Origin: a bacterium
GTDB taxonomy: Bacteria > Patescibacteriota > Minisyncoccia > UBA6257 > 2-01-FULL-56-20
NCBI GenBank assembly: GCA_021780195.1
Contig: JAJXZE010000002.1
Span: forward strand, 20,220 to 84,219
Direction of reading: 5' to 3'
Length of the DNA: 64,000 bases
A program made the translations under genes and the position numbers. Positions 28,539 through 39,033 of this stretch are shown here, piece after piece; the first letter of the stretch is position 1; the number at the start of each line of letters is the position of its first letter. The notes beneath the pieces were generated by a model. That model was not told the origin of the DNA. It saw only the letters and a list, made by a program, of their open reading frames with translations, and did no database searches.

Positions 28539-29626
28539 TGTGCTATACTGCCGTTATTAGTACGCTAGTAAAACAATTATATAGATATAGAAAGAATACG
28601 CCATTAATAGGGGCGATTTTTTTGGTAATAGCATTTCTCGTCTCCGGCGGCTGGTTCCTCAGGAAGACCGGCCTCATTGAGGAACGGGGCGTTCTTGGGG
28701 GTCCGGCGGTTTCCTTTATCCCCGATGCCCAAGGCGCGGAGATCCCTGCCGCGGCCATCGTGAATGCCGGCAATCAGGTGGCGGTGTCGGATCCGAATGG
28801 TAGCGTGGGGAGCTATGCTCCGGACCTCGCCCCCGGCGTACTAAACCCTTCTGCGGCGACCGTCGGGGACCCCGGCCAGCCGGTCGGCCCCGCATTTGAT
28901 CGTTCCGGCACGGTCTCCTATACCGTCCAGCGCGGAGATACCCCTGCGAAGATCGCCTCGTATTTCGGGATTTCGGTGGAGACGATCGCGAGCGCGAATC
29001 CGGGAGTGAAGTCCGCCGCGCTTAGGGCGGGCGAGGAACTCGCCATCCTCCCCACCTCGGGCGTCGTGTACACGACGCGCGGCGGCGATACGCTCCAATC
29101 GATCGCGGACGCATTCGGCATCGCGCAAAGCAGAATCGCCCAATTCAATCCGTCCGTAAATTTCGGCTCGCTCGACCCCGGCGTGTCGGTCATCATCCCT
29201 GGAGGGAAAAACATGAACGCGGTAACCGCGGGCGGCGCGGCGCTCCCCAATCTCAAAGGCCGCTTCATTGCGCCCGCCGCGGGATACGACTGGGGCATCC
29301 TCCATCACTACAACGCGGTCGACATCGCGAACTCGTGCGGCACGCCGGTCGTGGCCGCCGCGGAGGGGCTCGTGGTTCCCGACCCGCAGATTCCCAATAC
29401 GACCGACGGGTGGAACGACGGCTACGGGAACTTCGTACTGATCGAGCATCCCTTCGGCAACGACGTACGCACGCGGTATGCTCATCTTGAAAAGGTGCTC
29501 GTATCGATCGGCGATTACGTGAAGCAGGGCGAGGTCATCGGGCTTATGGGCGAGACGGGCGATGCGAGCGGGTGCCACGTTCACTTCGAGGTTTACGGCG
29601 CGCAGAATCCTTTCGCAAAGAAATAA
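28538..29626 (+). CDS. LysM-domain M23 peptidoglycan endopeptidase
   Basis: Two LysM repeats (YTVQRGDTPAKIASYFG, YTTRGGDTLQSIADAFG) and an M23 core (GYGNFVLIEH ... GETGDASGCHVHFEV). Confidence 0.85.
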   Translation: MCYTAVISTLVKQLYRYRKNTPLIGAIFLVIAFLVSGGWFLRKTGLIEERGVLGGPAVSFIPDAQGAEIPAAAIVNAGNQVAVSDPNGSVGSYAPDLAPGVLNPSAATVGDPGQPVGPAFDRSGTVSYTVQRGDTPAKIASYFGISVETIASANPGVKSAALRAGEELAILPTSGVVYTTRGGDTLQSIADAFGIAQSRIAQFNPSVNFGSLDPGVSVIIPGGKNMNAVTAGGAALPNLKGRFIAPAAGYDWGILHHYNAVDIANSCGTPVVAAAEGLVVPDPQIPNTTDGWNDGYGNFVLIEHPFGNDVRTRYAHLEKVLVSIGDYVKQGEVIGLMGETGDASGCHVHFEVYGAQNPFAKK

Positions 29627-29709
29627 AAGAGCGACATGGCCGGGAGAAGCGGTGCGCTACCCCCGCACGGGACCCGCACATGCCCGCTCCCCTGCCACCC
29701 CGTGCGCCG

Positions 29710-31368
29710 TTATAGATCCGGCAAACGATAGCTCAGTGCCTCCGCGAGATGTTCCGCGGAGACATTTTCTTTTTCATCAAGATCGGCGATGGTCCGCGCA
29801 ACCGTGAGTGCGCGGTAATACGCGCGCGGCGAGAGAGGCGCACCGTCGAGTGAGGCGAGAAAGCGGCGCGCCCCGGGATCGAGGGCGACGTTCGCTCGCG
29901 CCTCCTCCGAGTTCATTTCAGAGTTCACGGCGCGGAGCGCGCCGGACATCTTCGCGAAACGCGCTTCTTGAATGTGCCGTGCACGGGCGACCGCCTCTCT
30001 TGCCGCGCGTGTCGTAATCCCCCGGCGGTCGTGCGCTTTCCCGCCGCGTCCGCCGCCCACGGAGGCGCCCCCGTCGAGATCCCGCGTGAGTTCTCCCACC
30101 GCCACGCGGCCTACTTTTATCTGCAGATCGATGCGGTCGAGCAGAGGCCCTGACACCTTCTTTTGATATTGGAGCACCTCATAAGCCGCGCAGGAACAGG
30201 CCTTTTCCGTGTCGCCGTAATAACCGCAGGGGCATGGGTTCATGGCGGCAACGAGCGCGAAGCGCGCCGGAAAAACAAGGCGATGCCTCGCACGGCTGAT
30301 GCGGATGGCGCCGGATTCGAGGGGTTCCCTGAGCGCTTCGAGCGCCCGCCGCGGGAATTCAGGCAGCTCATCGAGGAAGAGCACGCCGCGATGCGCGAGG
30401 CTTGCTTCGCCAGGGCGCGGATCTTGTCCACCTCCTACGAGCGCGATCATGGAGGCGGTGTGGTGAGGCGCGCGGAAAGGGCGGTGAGCGACAAGCGCGC
30501 CGCTTCCCTGTCCCGCCGCGCTCCAGATTTTCGTCGCCTCGATCGCTTCCCGCGGGGAAAGTGGTGGAAGGATCCCGCCGAGCGCGCGAGCGAGCATGCT
30601 CTTTCCGATGCCCGGCACTCCGGTGAGAAGAATATTATGTCCGCCCGCCGCCGCGATCACGATTGCGCGCTTTGCGCTCGCCTGCCCGACGATTGCTTCA
30701 AGGTCCGGCGGTGCGGAATCCGCCGAGCAGATGGTTTCTGATGCACGCGGCGCGGTACCCGCATCTGCATCTGCATCTGGATCCGCATCCGCACCTGGAT
30801 CCGCGTCATGCGCTCTGACGGACATTGTCATCGTGAGCGGCGCTCCGAGCAGGCGCAATGCATCGCTAAGTTTTTCGAGCGGGAATATGCCGAGTCCTTC
30901 GATGGCCCCCGCTTCCGCCGCATTGCCGCGCGGAAGAAAAAGATATTCGAAGCCGAGGTCGCGCGCGGCCTCGGCGATGTTCAGCGCGCCGTTCACCGGA
31001 CGCAATCTTCCGTCGAGCGCGAGCTCGCCGATGAAAAGTTTTCCGCGCGCATCGAACGGACGCATCTGTCCGGTGGAGAGAAGATAGCCGATCGCGATTG
31101 CGAGGTCGTATTGCGCTCCCCTCTTCTTCACGTCTGCGGGAGCAAGGTTCACGGTGATCCTCCGGTTCTCCCGGTTCGGCGGCCGCGCGCCGGAATTTTT
31201 GAGCGCGGAGTTCACCCGCTCGCGCGCTTCGTTCAGCGCCTTGTCCGGAAGGCCGACGATCGTAAACGAATGGAGGCCGACATTGATGTCGACCTCCACT
31301 TCGATGAGCTTTGCGTCTATCCCCTCAAGCTCCGCGGAATATACCTTCGAAAGATTCTTTGTGGCCAC
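29710..31368 (-). CDS. comM: YifB/ComM family Mg-chelatase-like AAA+ ATPase
   Basis: Lon-protease-like N-domain, Walker A LLTGVPGIGKS, and a C-terminal ChlI-type domain. It carries a D/A/P low-complexity insert encoded at about 30740-30800. Confidence 0.85.
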   Translation of the reverse strand: MATKNLSKVYSAELEGIDAKLIEVEVDINVGLHSFTIVGLPDKALNEARERVNSALKNSGARPPNRENRRITVNLAPADVKKRGAQYDLAIAIGYLLSTGQMRPFDARGKLFIGELALDGRLRPVNGALNIAEAARDLGFEYLFLPRGNAAEAGAIEGLGIFPLEKLSDALRLLGAPLTMTMSVRAHDADPGADADPDADADAGTAPRASETICSADSAPPDLEAIVGQASAKRAIVIAAAGGHNILLTGVPGIGKSMLARALGGILPPLSPREAIEATKIWSAAGQGSGALVAHRPFRAPHHTASMIALVGGGQDPRPGEASLAHRGVLFLDELPEFPRRALEALREPLESGAIRISRARHRLVFPARFALVAAMNPCPCGYYGDTEKACSCAAYEVLQYQKKVSGPLLDRIDLQIKVGRVAVGELTRDLDGGASVGGGRGGKAHDRRGITTRAAREAVARARHIQEARFAKMSGALRAVNSEMNSEEARANVALDPGARRFLASLDGAPLSPRAYYRALTVARTIADLDEKENVSAEHLAEALSYRLPDL

Positions 31369-31420
31369 CTGAAAGTGATACCACAGAGAGGGTTAAAAGA
31401 ATGTGAAAAAACTTTTGCTT

Positions 31421-31753
31421 TTATTCCGCGAGTTTGCAATTCTTGCAGAGGCGGGATTCCGGATCCACGGCGAGCACGTCGTCCCCTATCCGCGCGCCGC
31501 ATTTTTCACAGATGCCGAAGTTCCCGGAGGCGATGTTGCTGAGAGCGGCATCAACCTCGTCAAGGCGGCTTTTGAGATCCTGAGCCGCCGCAAGGTGGTT
31601 GCTCATCTCCTCTGCTTCGTCGGTCTCTTCGTCAAAATGATCGACGTCATGCCCAAAGTCCACCGGTTTTTCGTCATTCGATATCTCCTTCATGAGGAGT
31701 ATCCGCTCGGCTTCCAGCTTTTTCTTGTATTCGGCAATTTTGTCTTTGTCCAT
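31421..31753 (-). CDS. DksA/TraR-family C4 zinc-finger protein
   Basis: Coiled-coil N-terminus plus CEKCGARI...CKNC. Confidence 0.75.
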   Translation of the reverse strand: MDKDKIAEYKKKLEAERILLMKEISNDEKPVDFGHDVDHFDEETDEAEEMSNHLAAAQDLKSRLDEVDAALSNIASGNFGICEKCGARIGDDVLAVDPESRLCKNCKLAE

Positions 31754-31817
31754 TGAGTTTTATTTTTATTTTGACGACGCTACCATGCTAACACATCCGG
31801 CAAAAGATAGAAATGCA

Positions 31818-31837
31818 AATCCGGCAATTGCCGGATT
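31818..31837. promoter_or_regulatory. 20-bp perfect palindrome upstream of the dksA-type gene
   Basis: AATCCGGCAATTGCCGGATT, followed by a direct TGCCGGAT TGCCGGAT repeat (31846-31861). Confidence 0.35.
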
Positions 31838-31907
31838 CTGAGATTTGCCGGATTGCCGGATTTAGAATTATTTAATGAAATAACCCGGTAAGGCCGATTT
31901 TCCTACT

Positions 31908-32083
31908 GCTAAACAAAATTGTTTAGCAAAATGTTTAGCGCTAAACACTATTTAAATGCGGCCGCTGATAAAATGATTTATTTCGATGTTTAGCGCTAAA
32001 CACATTTTAAATGTGTTTGCCGCTAAACACATTAAAAAAGACCATTTTAAATGATGATTTATTTCGATGTTTGCCGCTAAACA
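31908..32083. repeat. Array of five TGTTTxxxxxxAAACA palindromes (iterated yraN 5' end)
   Basis: The copies are GCTAAACAAAATTGTTTAGC at 31908-31927, TGTTTAGCGCTAAACA at 31932-31947 and 31987-32002, and TGTTTGCCGCTAAACA at 32014-32029 and 32068-32083. Each is followed by A/T-rich TTTAAATG. The last copy is the yraN start (ATGTTTGCCGCTAAACAC). Confidence 0.8.
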
Positions 32084-32522
32084 CAATTTAAATGTCGGGA
32101 TAGAAGGCGAAAAGGTGGCAGGCCAATATCTTATTAAAAAAGGATGGGTTGTTCTATTTAAAAATATTAAGAGAAAGGGGGATGAAATTGACATAATTGC
32201 CAGGGACCCAAAAGGAACCCTGGTTTTTTGTGAGGTAAAAACTATGGCAATAAGGGCCTGTGCGACGGTGGATACAACATGTACGGATGGTCCAGCCGGC
32301 GAATCGCTGATGCCCGAAGACAATATGACTGCTTTTAAGCGGAGGAAGATGGCCAGGGGGTGTGAATTCTTCGCCAGGTCAAATCCCGACATGGTTGACC
32401 AGGAGAAGGGTTGGCGTATGGATCTTATTGCGGTCGATCTTCAGAAACTTGGCCCCGCAGGGCCTTGGAGCGCCGCGGCGCGGTATGCCGTGGCGGGCAT
32501 CCGGCACTATGAAAATATTTGA
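32067..32522 (+). CDS. yraN: YraN-family (UPF0102) endonuclease-like protein
   Basis: GIEGEKVAGQYLIKKGWVVLFKNIKRKGDEIDIIARDPKGTLVFCEVKT is the YraN signature (GE..A..yL...G..il.rN.r...GEiDiia......lvFvEVK). Confidence 0.8.
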   Translation: MFAAKHNLNVGIEGEKVAGQYLIKKGWVVLFKNIKRKGDEIDIIARDPKGTLVFCEVKTMAIRACATVDTTCTDGPAGESLMPEDNMTAFKRRKMARGCEFFARSNPDMVDQEKGWRMDLIAVDLQKLGPAGPWSAAARYAVAGIRHYENI

Positions 32523-32656
32523 CATCGATGCTTCGCGAAGGATATAGTATTGGGTAGGTGGGGTCCGCTCGTGAGCGGACTTTTTTAAAGGAGCGCCACC
32601 TCATGAAGAGAAAAATATGAAGAGAAAAATTTAATAAAAATTTAATATCAATCAAC

Positions 32657-33991
32657 ATGCTGAACATAAAAGAAATGAGCAAGGCGCTGAAGCAGGTCGC
32701 CGAAGAAAAAGGGCTGGAGCCGAACAAGGTGCTCGAGGTGATCGAGACCTCGATCGCGGCCGCATACAAGCGCGAGTATGGAACGCGCGGCGAGGTGGTG
32801 AGGTGTAATCTTGATGCGGTAAGCGGTGAGCTGAAATTCTGGCAGATGAAGACGGTGGTCGACGAAACTACGGTGCGCTTCGTAACCGAGGAGGAGGCGG
32901 CCGCGGAGATGGAGAAGGAAAAAGAAAAGGAGGAGCGCGAGAGGAGAGGGGGGAGAGGGGGGAAGGGGGGCGAGATTTCCGCGAATGCGGGCGCGGGAAT
33001 GGGCGCGAGCGCGGGTGCGGGGACTAAAATGGAAGTCGTGGCGGAGGACGGCGAGGAGAAGCTTCCACGCTTTAATCCGGAGAGGCACATTACGCTCGAG
33101 GATGCGAAAAAGGAAAAGAAGGATGCAGTCCTCGGCGACGAGATTGCGTTCTCGCTCGAGATGCACGACGAGTTCGGACGCATTGCGGCACAGACCGCAA
33201 AACAAGTGATCCTTCAGAAGCTCCGCGAGTCGGAGCGCGATTCGATCCTCGCCGAGTGGCGCGACAAGGAAGGCCAGATCGTGAGCGGCGTTGTTCAGCG
33301 CTTTGAGCGGGGGAATGTGTTCATTGATCTTGGGAGGACGATCGGCGTGATGTTCGCAAACGAGTCCATCCCCGGGGAGCACTACCGCGCGGGCGAACGC
33401 CTGCGTTTCCTTGTGCTCGCCGTGCAGGAGGACACCCGCCTGCCGGGCATCATTCTTTCGCGCTCGCACCCGAAATTCGTGACGGAGCTCTTCCGCATGG
33501 AGGTGCCCGAGCTCGCGGAAGGCTCGATCGAGATCAAGGCGATTGCGCGCGAACCGGGCAACCGCACGAAGGTGGCGGTCGCGTCGGGCGCCGAGGGCGT
33601 CGACCCGGTGGGAGCGCTCGTCGGCCAGCGGGGGACGCGCGTCATGGCGGTGAATAACGAGCTTGGCAACGAGAAGATCGACATCGCGGAGTGGGCGGAG
33701 GATCCGGCGCAGTTCATCACGAACGCGCTTTCGCCCGCGAAGGCGGACAAGGTCGAGATTCTGCCGCGACGCGAAGCGCGTGCGTTCGTGCCCGAGGGCC
33801 AGCTTTCGCTTGCGATCGGCAAGGGCGGCCAGAACGTCCGGCTCGCCGCGAAGCTCACGGGATGGAAGATCGACGTGCGCTCGGGGTCGCATCCTGACGA
33901 GGCGCAGGAGGGAGGCACTGCGGGTATCATGGAATCGGACCAGATCCCGCCCCGGCCGGAGGATGACGAGAAAGAGGACATCGCCATGTAG
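32657..33991 (+). CDS. nusA: Transcription termination/antitermination factor NusA
   Basis: NusA N-domain, S1 and two KH regions (...[18 protein letters not shown]...[17 protein letters not shown]). A low-complexity E/K/G insert lies near residues 85-135. Confidence 0.9.
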   Translation: MLNIKEMSKALKQVAEEKGLEPNKVLEVIETSIAAAYKREYGTRGEVVRCNLDAVSGELKFWQMKTVVDETTVRFVTEEEAAAEMEKEKEKEERERRGGRGGKGGEISANAGAGMGASAGAGTKMEVVAEDGEEKLPRFNPERHITLEDAKKEKKDAVLGDEIAFSLEMHDEFGRIAAQTAKQVILQKLRESERDSILAEWRDKEGQIVSGVVQRFERGNVFIDLGRTIGVMFANESIPGEHYRAGERLRFLVLAVQEDTRLPGIILSRSHPKFVTELFRMEVPELAEGSIEIKAIAREPGNRTKVAVASGAEGVDPVGALVGQRGTRVMAVNNELGNEKIDIAEWAEDPAQFITNALSPAKADKVEILPRREARAFVPEGQLSLAIGKGGQNVRLAAKLTGWKIDVRSGSHPDEAQEGGTAGIMESDQIPPRPEDDEKEDIAM

Positions 33992-34049
33992 GGAGGGCAG
34001 GAACGGGCAACGCAACATAAAAAGTCATCACTATAAAATATTCATCATC

Positions 34050-36050
34050 ATGTCGGCCATCACTTTTTCATTCGTAAGCAGTGCGATCGCGATCCTTTTT
34101 GCGTTCGGGCTCGTGTGGAGGATCTCGAAGCGGCGCGGAGGGGACGCCAAGATGCAGGAGATCGCGCGCGCGATCCAGGTGGGTGCAAAGGCGTATCTGA
34201 ACCGGCAGTATAAGACAGTGGCGGTCGTCGCGGTCGTGATCGCGGCCCTGATCGGTCTCTTCCTTGGGACGGCGCCGATGGTCGGGTTCATTGTCGGCGC
34301 GCTGGCGTCGGCCTTGGCGGGATATATCGGCATGTATGTCGCGGTGCGCGCGAACGTGAAGACCGCGGAAGCGGCGAAGTCGGGCCTTGCGCCTGCGCTT
34401 TCGCTCGCGTTCGAAGGGGGAGCGGTGACGGGAATGCTCGTCGTCGGCCTCGCCCTGCTCGCAGTCACGGGATTCTATGCGACGACGGGCGACGTGAAGG
34501 CGCTTATCGGACTCGGCTTCGGCGCGAGTTTGATCTCGGTCTTCGCGCGCCTCGGCGGCGGCATCTTTACGAAGGGGGCGGACGTGGGCGCGGATCTCGT
34601 GGGCAAGCTTGAGGCGGGCATCCCTGAGGACGATCCGCGGAATCCCGCGGTCATCGCGGACAACGTGGGCGACAACGTGGGCGACGATGCCGGCATGGCG
34701 GCGGACCTTTTCGAGACGTATGCGGTGACGGCGATCGCGGCGATGCTCCTTGCGAACCTCGCGTTCCCCGGTGTCGCGGCGGCGCTCCATCTCCCGCTTG
34801 TCGTGGGCGGCGTCTCGATCCTCGCCTCGATTGTGGGAGTGTTCTTCGTGCGCCTCGGGAAGAAGCAGTCCATCATGGGCGCGCTCTATAAAGGACTCGC
34901 GGCGGCGGGCGTGCTTTCACTCGCGGGTTTCTGGTTCGTCGCCTCTCACTACGCGGCGACGGGCGGCCTGGGCGCAGGCATCACGGCGGGCGGCCTCTTT
35001 GCGCCAATGGCGGTCGGCGTCGCGGTGACCGCGCTCCTCGTGCTCATCACGGAGTACTACACTTCGAAGAAGTTCCGGCCGGTGCGCTCGATCGCGCAGT
35101 CGTCGGAGACGGGCCACGGCACGAACATCATCACGGGGCTTTCGGTCGGCATGGAAGCGACGGCGCTTCCGGTCGTCGTGATCATCGCGGGCATCCTCTC
35201 GGCGTATGCGACGACGGGCCTCTACGGCGTGGCGCTCGCGACGATGAGCATGCTTTCAATGGCGGGCATCGTGATCGCGATCGACGCATTCGGTCCGATC
35301 ACGGATAATGCGGGCGGCATCGCCGAGATGGCGGGCCTTCCGGACGACGTGCGCAAGGTGACGGATGCGCTCGACGCGGTGGGGAACACGACAAAGGCGG
35401 TGACGAAGGGCTACGCGATCGGTTCGGCGGGGCTCGCCGCGGTCGTGCTCTTCTCAGCGTACGTACAGGATCTTTCGCAGAAGCTCGGCCACGCGGTGCG
35501 CTTCGACCTCGCGGATCCGAAGATCATCGTGGGGCTTTTGATCGGCGGCATGATCCCGTATCTCTTTGCCTCGATCTCGATGCGCGCGGTGGGGAAGGCG
35601 GCGTCGGCGGTCGTCATGGAGGTGCGCCGCCAGTTCAGGGAGATTCCCGGCATCATGGCGGGGACGGCAAAGCCGGACTATGCGAAGAGCGTGGACATCG
35701 TGACCAAGGCGGCGATCAGGGAGATGGTCTTACCGGCGCTTTTGCCGGTCGTGCTTCCGGTCGCGGTCGCGTTCATCCTTGGGCCGCTGGCCCTCGGCGG
35801 CCTCCTCGTGGGTTCGATCGTGACGGGTATTTTCGTCGCAATCTCGATGACCTCCGGCGGCGCGGCATGGGACAACGCGAAGAAGTATATAGAGGAGGGG
35901 AACCTCGGCGGCAAGGGCTCCGAGGCGCATAAGGCGGCGGTCACGGGCGACACGGTGGGCGATCCGTACAAGGACACGGCGGGCCCGGCGATCAATCCGG
36001 TCATCAAGATCATCAACATTATCGCGCTCCTCCTGGTGCCCTTCCTGTAA
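34050..36050 (+). CDS. hppA: Membrane-bound proton/sodium-translocating pyrophosphatase
   Basis: About 16 TM helices and the signature [22 protein letters not shown]. The start is trimmed from the 33663 read-through ORF to ATG 34050. Confidence 0.92.
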   Translation: MSAITFSFVSSAIAILFAFGLVWRISKRRGGDAKMQEIARAIQVGAKAYLNRQYKTVAVVAVVIAALIGLFLGTAPMVGFIVGALASALAGYIGMYVAVRANVKTAEAAKSGLAPALSLAFEGGAVTGMLVVGLALLAVTGFYATTGDVKALIGLGFGASLISVFARLGGGIFTKGADVGADLVGKLEAGIPEDDPRNPAVIADNVGDNVGDDAGMAADLFETYAVTAIAAMLLANLAFPGVAAALHLPLVVGGVSILASIVGVFFVRLGKKQSIMGALYKGLAAAGVLSLAGFWFVASHYAATGGLGAGITAGGLFAPMAVGVAVTALLVLITEYYTSKKFRPVRSIAQSSETGHGTNIITGLSVGMEATALPVVVIIAGILSAYATTGLYGVALATMSMLSMAGIVIAIDAFGPITDNAGGIAEMAGLPDDVRKVTDALDAVGNTTKAVTKGYAIGSAGLAAVVLFSAYVQDLSQKLGHAVRFDLADPKIIVGLLIGGMIPYLFASISMRAVGKAASAVVMEVRRQFREIPGIMAGTAKPDYAKSVDIVTKAAIREMVLPALLPVVLPVAVAFILGPLALGGLLVGSIVTGIFVAISMTSGGAAWDNAKKYIEEGNLGGKGSEAHKAAVTGDTVGDPYKDTAGPAINPVIKIINIIALLLVPFL

Positions 36051-36158
36051 GGCGGGGACGGGCGGGCCGGACGGCGGGACGGGTTCCCCGGCGCGCCCCG
36101 CGCCGCGCTGGACGACGCGCAACGCGGAAAGTGTAGTAGAATATAAGAAAACAAAACC

Positions 36159-36755
36159 ATGGAATCAGAAGGCCAGTATCTCATCCCGACGGTCATCGAA
36201 AAGTCGCAGTTTGGCGAGCGGGCGTACGATATCTATTCGCGCCTGCTCAAGGAGCGCATCATTTTCCTCGGCGGCACGATCAATGACGGCGTGGCGAACA
36301 CGGTGATCGCCCAGCTCCTCTTCCTCGACCACGAGGATCAGAAGAAGGACATCAAACTCTATATCAATAGTCCCGGCGGTTCGGTCACCGCGGGCATGGC
36401 GATCTATGACACGATGCAGTACGTAAAGGCGGATGTCGTCACGATGTGCGTCGGCATGGCGGCGTCGATGGGAGCGTTCCTCCTTTCGTCGGGGAAGAAG
36501 GGGAAGCGATTTGCCCTTCCGAATTCGCAGATTCTTCTCCATCAGGTGATGGGCGGCGCGGAAGGGCAGGCAATCGAGATCGAGATCGCGGCGAAGCAGA
36601 TCGTGAAGACGAAACAGCGCCTGAACCAGTTGCTCTCGAAGCACACGGGCCAGCCGCTCGCGAAGATCGAGAAGGACACCGACCGCGACTTCTGGCTCTC
36701 CGCCGAGGAGGCGAAGGAGTACGGCGTGATTGACGACATCATCAAGAATTCGTAA
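36159..36755 (+). CDS. clpP: ATP-dependent Clp protease proteolytic subunit
   Basis: 198 aa with the active-site context [11 protein letters not shown] and the [19 protein letters not shown]-terminus. Confidence 0.95.
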   Translation: MESEGQYLIPTVIEKSQFGERAYDIYSRLLKERIIFLGGTINDGVANTVIAQLLFLDHEDQKKDIKLYINSPGGSVTAGMAIYDTMQYVKADVVTMCVGMAASMGAFLLSSGKKGKRFALPNSQILLHQVMGGAEGQAIEIEIAAKQIVKTKQRLNQLLSKHTGQPLAKIEKDTDRDFWLSAEEAKEYGVIDDIIKNS

Positions 36756-37939
36756 TGAAGGCCGACCAAAAAACGGTCGAGGAAATTCTGTCCCGCGGCG
36801 TCGAGGAGGTGGTGGACCGTGCGCACCTCCGCGCGGCGCTTGCGTCGGGGCGGAAGCTCCGCGTGAAGTTCGGCGTGGACCCGACGTCGCCGGATCTCCA
36901 TCTTGGCCACGCGGTAGTCCTGAGGAAGCTCCGCGAGTTTCAGGACGCGGGGCACCGCGCGGTGCTTGTGGTGGGCGATTTCACGGGGATGATCGGCGAC
37001 CCTTCCGGAAGGAGCGAGACGCGGAAGCCGCTCACGGCGGCGGAGGTCCGCGCGAACATGAAGAGCTATCTCGCGCAGGCAGGGAAAATCCTCGACATGA
37101 AGAAGGCCGAGGTCGCCCATAACAGTTCGTGGTTCGCCAAGGAGGGGATCACGGAATTCGTGCGCCTCGCTTCGGCGGGAACTTTCCAGGAAGTGCTCCA
37201 CCGCGCCGACTTCAAGAAGCGCATCGATGCGGGGCAGGGGATCACGTTCCTCGAACTACTCTACCCGCTCTTCCAGGGCTACGATTCGGTGAAGGTGAAG
37301 GCCGACGTGGAGCTCGGAGGCACCGACCAGACCTTCAACCTTCTTGCGGGACGCCGCGTCCAGCGCCATTTCGGCATGCCGGAACAGGATATCATGACCA
37401 TGCCGATCCTCGAGGGCCTCGACGGAGTGAAGAAGATGAGCAAGAGCATCGGGAACTATATCGGCCTCGCGGACAAACCCGCGGACATGTTCGGCAAGGT
37501 GATGTCGGTACCGGATGCGCTCGTCAAGAAATATTTCATGCTCTGCACCGATCTCCCGAGCGGAGAAATCGAGTCGCTCTGCCGCAGCGAGAAGCCGAAA
37601 GCGCTCAAGGAGCGGCTCGGCTTCGAGATCGTAATGCTCTACCGCGGCGAGAAAGCCGCGCGTGCCGCGCAGGAGAACTTTGAAAAAGTTTTTTCGCGAG
37701 GAGAAGTTCCCGAGGACATTCAGGAGGTCCGCGTAAAGGACGCGAAGGTCGCCGCGCTCGATCTTGCGGTGGAGCTCGGAGCGGCGAAGAGTCGCGGGGA
37801 GGCGCGACGGCTCATCGAGCAGGGAGGATTCGATGTCGACGGGAACGCGGTGAAAGATCCGCGCGCCATATTGGCTTTCCGCGGGGGCGAAGTAGTGAAG
37901 GCCGGAAAGAAGCGGTTTTTCAAGATAAAAATAAAGTAA
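36755..37939 (+). CDS. tyrS: Tyrosine--tRNA ligase
   Basis: HIGH-type motif DLHLGH, KMSKS motif KKMSKS, and a C-terminal S4-like domain (SRGEARRLIEQGG). Confidence 0.9.
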   Translation: MKADQKTVEEILSRGVEEVVDRAHLRAALASGRKLRVKFGVDPTSPDLHLGHAVVLRKLREFQDAGHRAVLVVGDFTGMIGDPSGRSETRKPLTAAEVRANMKSYLAQAGKILDMKKAEVAHNSSWFAKEGITEFVRLASAGTFQEVLHRADFKKRIDAGQGITFLELLYPLFQGYDSVKVKADVELGGTDQTFNLLAGRRVQRHFGMPEQDIMTMPILEGLDGVKKMSKSIGNYIGLADKPADMFGKVMSVPDALVKKYFMLCTDLPSGEIESLCRSEKPKALKERLGFEIVMLYRGEKAARAAQENFEKVFSRGEVPEDIQEVRVKDAKVAALDLAVELGAAKSRGEARRLIEQGGFDVDGNAVKDPRAILAFRGGEVVKAGKKRFFKIKIK

Positions 37940-38021
37940 GGCGGGCGAGTGCCTCGGCCGCCCACAGGTTATCCCCAGGTTTTCCTTGCGCTACCGTGCG
38001 GGAAGATTATAGTTATATCAG

Positions 38022-38100
38022 ATCGCTGACAGCAGAATATTCTTCTTGTAGCCCTCCTAGGCGGGAGGGATTTTGCGGCCATTTGGCTGCTGTCAGCGAT
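38022..38100 (+). terminator. tyrS terminator candidate nested in a 14-bp inverted repeat
   Basis: ATCGCTGACAGCAG (38022-38035) pairs with CTGCTGTCAGCGAT (38087-38100). The inner hairpin CCCTCC...GGAGGG (38052-38069) is followed by TTTT (38071-38074). Confidence 0.45.
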
Positions 38101-38165
38101 TGCGCTCTTTTATCGGTTTGGGCTCTCCTTGGAGAGCCCTTTCTTTTTTATGGAATGTCCGCATA

Positions 38166-38897
38166 ATGATTTTCATGCCCCATTTTTTCGTGAAAAGCTT
38201 TGAGGAGGATCATGCGACGAAGACGCTCGTCGGGACGAAGAAGAAGACCTTTCAAACCCTCGATAATATCCTGATGAAGGGGATTCTGCGCCCGAATACG
38301 AAGAGCTTCGGCCAAAAGCGACGCCTTAGTACGACTGTTTTGAGCGGCCGCTATACGAAGACCTACCGGCCGCAAGGGCTGATTTTCAGGACGAAAGACC
38401 GGCCGGATTACGTGATCCCGTTTGATCTTGTTCTGCTTTCCGATGCGGGGAAAATCGTCGTACATTACTATCGCATCAAAGATAATCTGCACGTCTATTA
38501 CAACCACAAGCTCATCAATGGCTATCAGGGATTCATCTTTAAGAGTATCTCTCTGATGGAAAAGAAATTCGTCTCTCCGGAGGGAGCATGGAAAGCGGTC
38601 AATGCATTCCGCGTTGCACACGGCTATCCAGCGTTGCCTCCGTCGAAGCGCCGCCTCGCCGCCTATAACGAAGTCGTATTCCAGAAGCCGATAAAAGTCG
38701 TTCCCGTGGCGCTCTTCGGCTACCGCGCGGAAACGAGGCGGCTTGCCCGCAAATATGGACTCCGCTATTTCAGATCGGCGGGGGAGTTTTATAAACGGAT
38801 ACGCGGCGGCGCGTCCAAAGGACAGGAGGGGCGTTGTTTTTCTTTCGCTGGAGCGGGCAAGGGGAATCGAACCCCTGTCATCAGCTTGGAAAGCTGA
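38166..38897 (+). CDS. Hypothetical protein in an AT-richer segment
   Basis: ORF-track ORF 38073..38897, with the start uncertain (ATG 38166 used). No recognised domain. The last ~49 nt are antisense to tRNA-Gly, so the true C-terminus is doubtful. Confidence 0.4.
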   Translation: MIFMPHFFVKSFEEDHATKTLVGTKKKTFQTLDNILMKGILRPNTKSFGQKRRLSTTVLSGRYTKTYRPQGLIFRTKDRPDYVIPFDLVLLSDAGKIVVHYYRIKDNLHVYYNHKLINGYQGFIFKSISLMEKKFVSPEGAWKAVNAFRVAHGYPALPPSKRRLAAYNEVVFQKPIKVVPVALFGYRAETRRLARKYGLRYFRSAGEFYKRIRGGASKGQEGRCFSFAGAGKGNRTPVISLES

Positions 38898-38922
38898 GGT
38901 AATGCCATTATACGATGCCCGC
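38849..38922 (-). tRNA. tRNA-Gly (anticodon UCC)
   Basis: The reverse complement is GCGGGCATCGTATAATGGCATTACCTCAGCTTTCCAAGCTGATGACAGGGGTTCGATTCCCCTTGCCCGCTCCA. It folds as a cloverleaf with anticodon loop TTTCCAA, and CCA is encoded. Confidence 0.92.
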
Positions 38923-39033
38923 GGAAGCAGAGCGCGGGCGCTCCCGCACCCTTTCGCCGCCGTCCGACGTACTTAAGAGTATCATCCAATCTTGCGTTTT
39001 TCAACCGGTTTTGCTACAACTTATGATATTGAA

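Noticed and set aside
30740-30800. Short tandem GCATCT/GGATCC-type repeats inside comM.
   Set aside because: They are in frame and encode a D/A/P low-complexity linker between the ComM domains. Nothing suggests a function beyond a variable linker.
31908-32095. The palindromic repeats upstream of yraN, considered as a CRISPR array.
   Set aside because: There are only about five copies. They are 16-bp palindromes with irregular short A/T-rich gaps that are themselves repeated, there are no unique spacers, and there are no cas genes.
33663-34049. The N-terminal 129-aa extension of the hppA ORF (795-aa track entry). Similar upstream extensions appear for yebC (5002), pilB (4304), the VirB4 N-domain ORF (19724) and gene G (55806).
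   Set aside because: The extensions overlap the preceding gene or structured RNA, are R/S/P-rich, and precede an internal ATG that gives the canonical family N-terminus.
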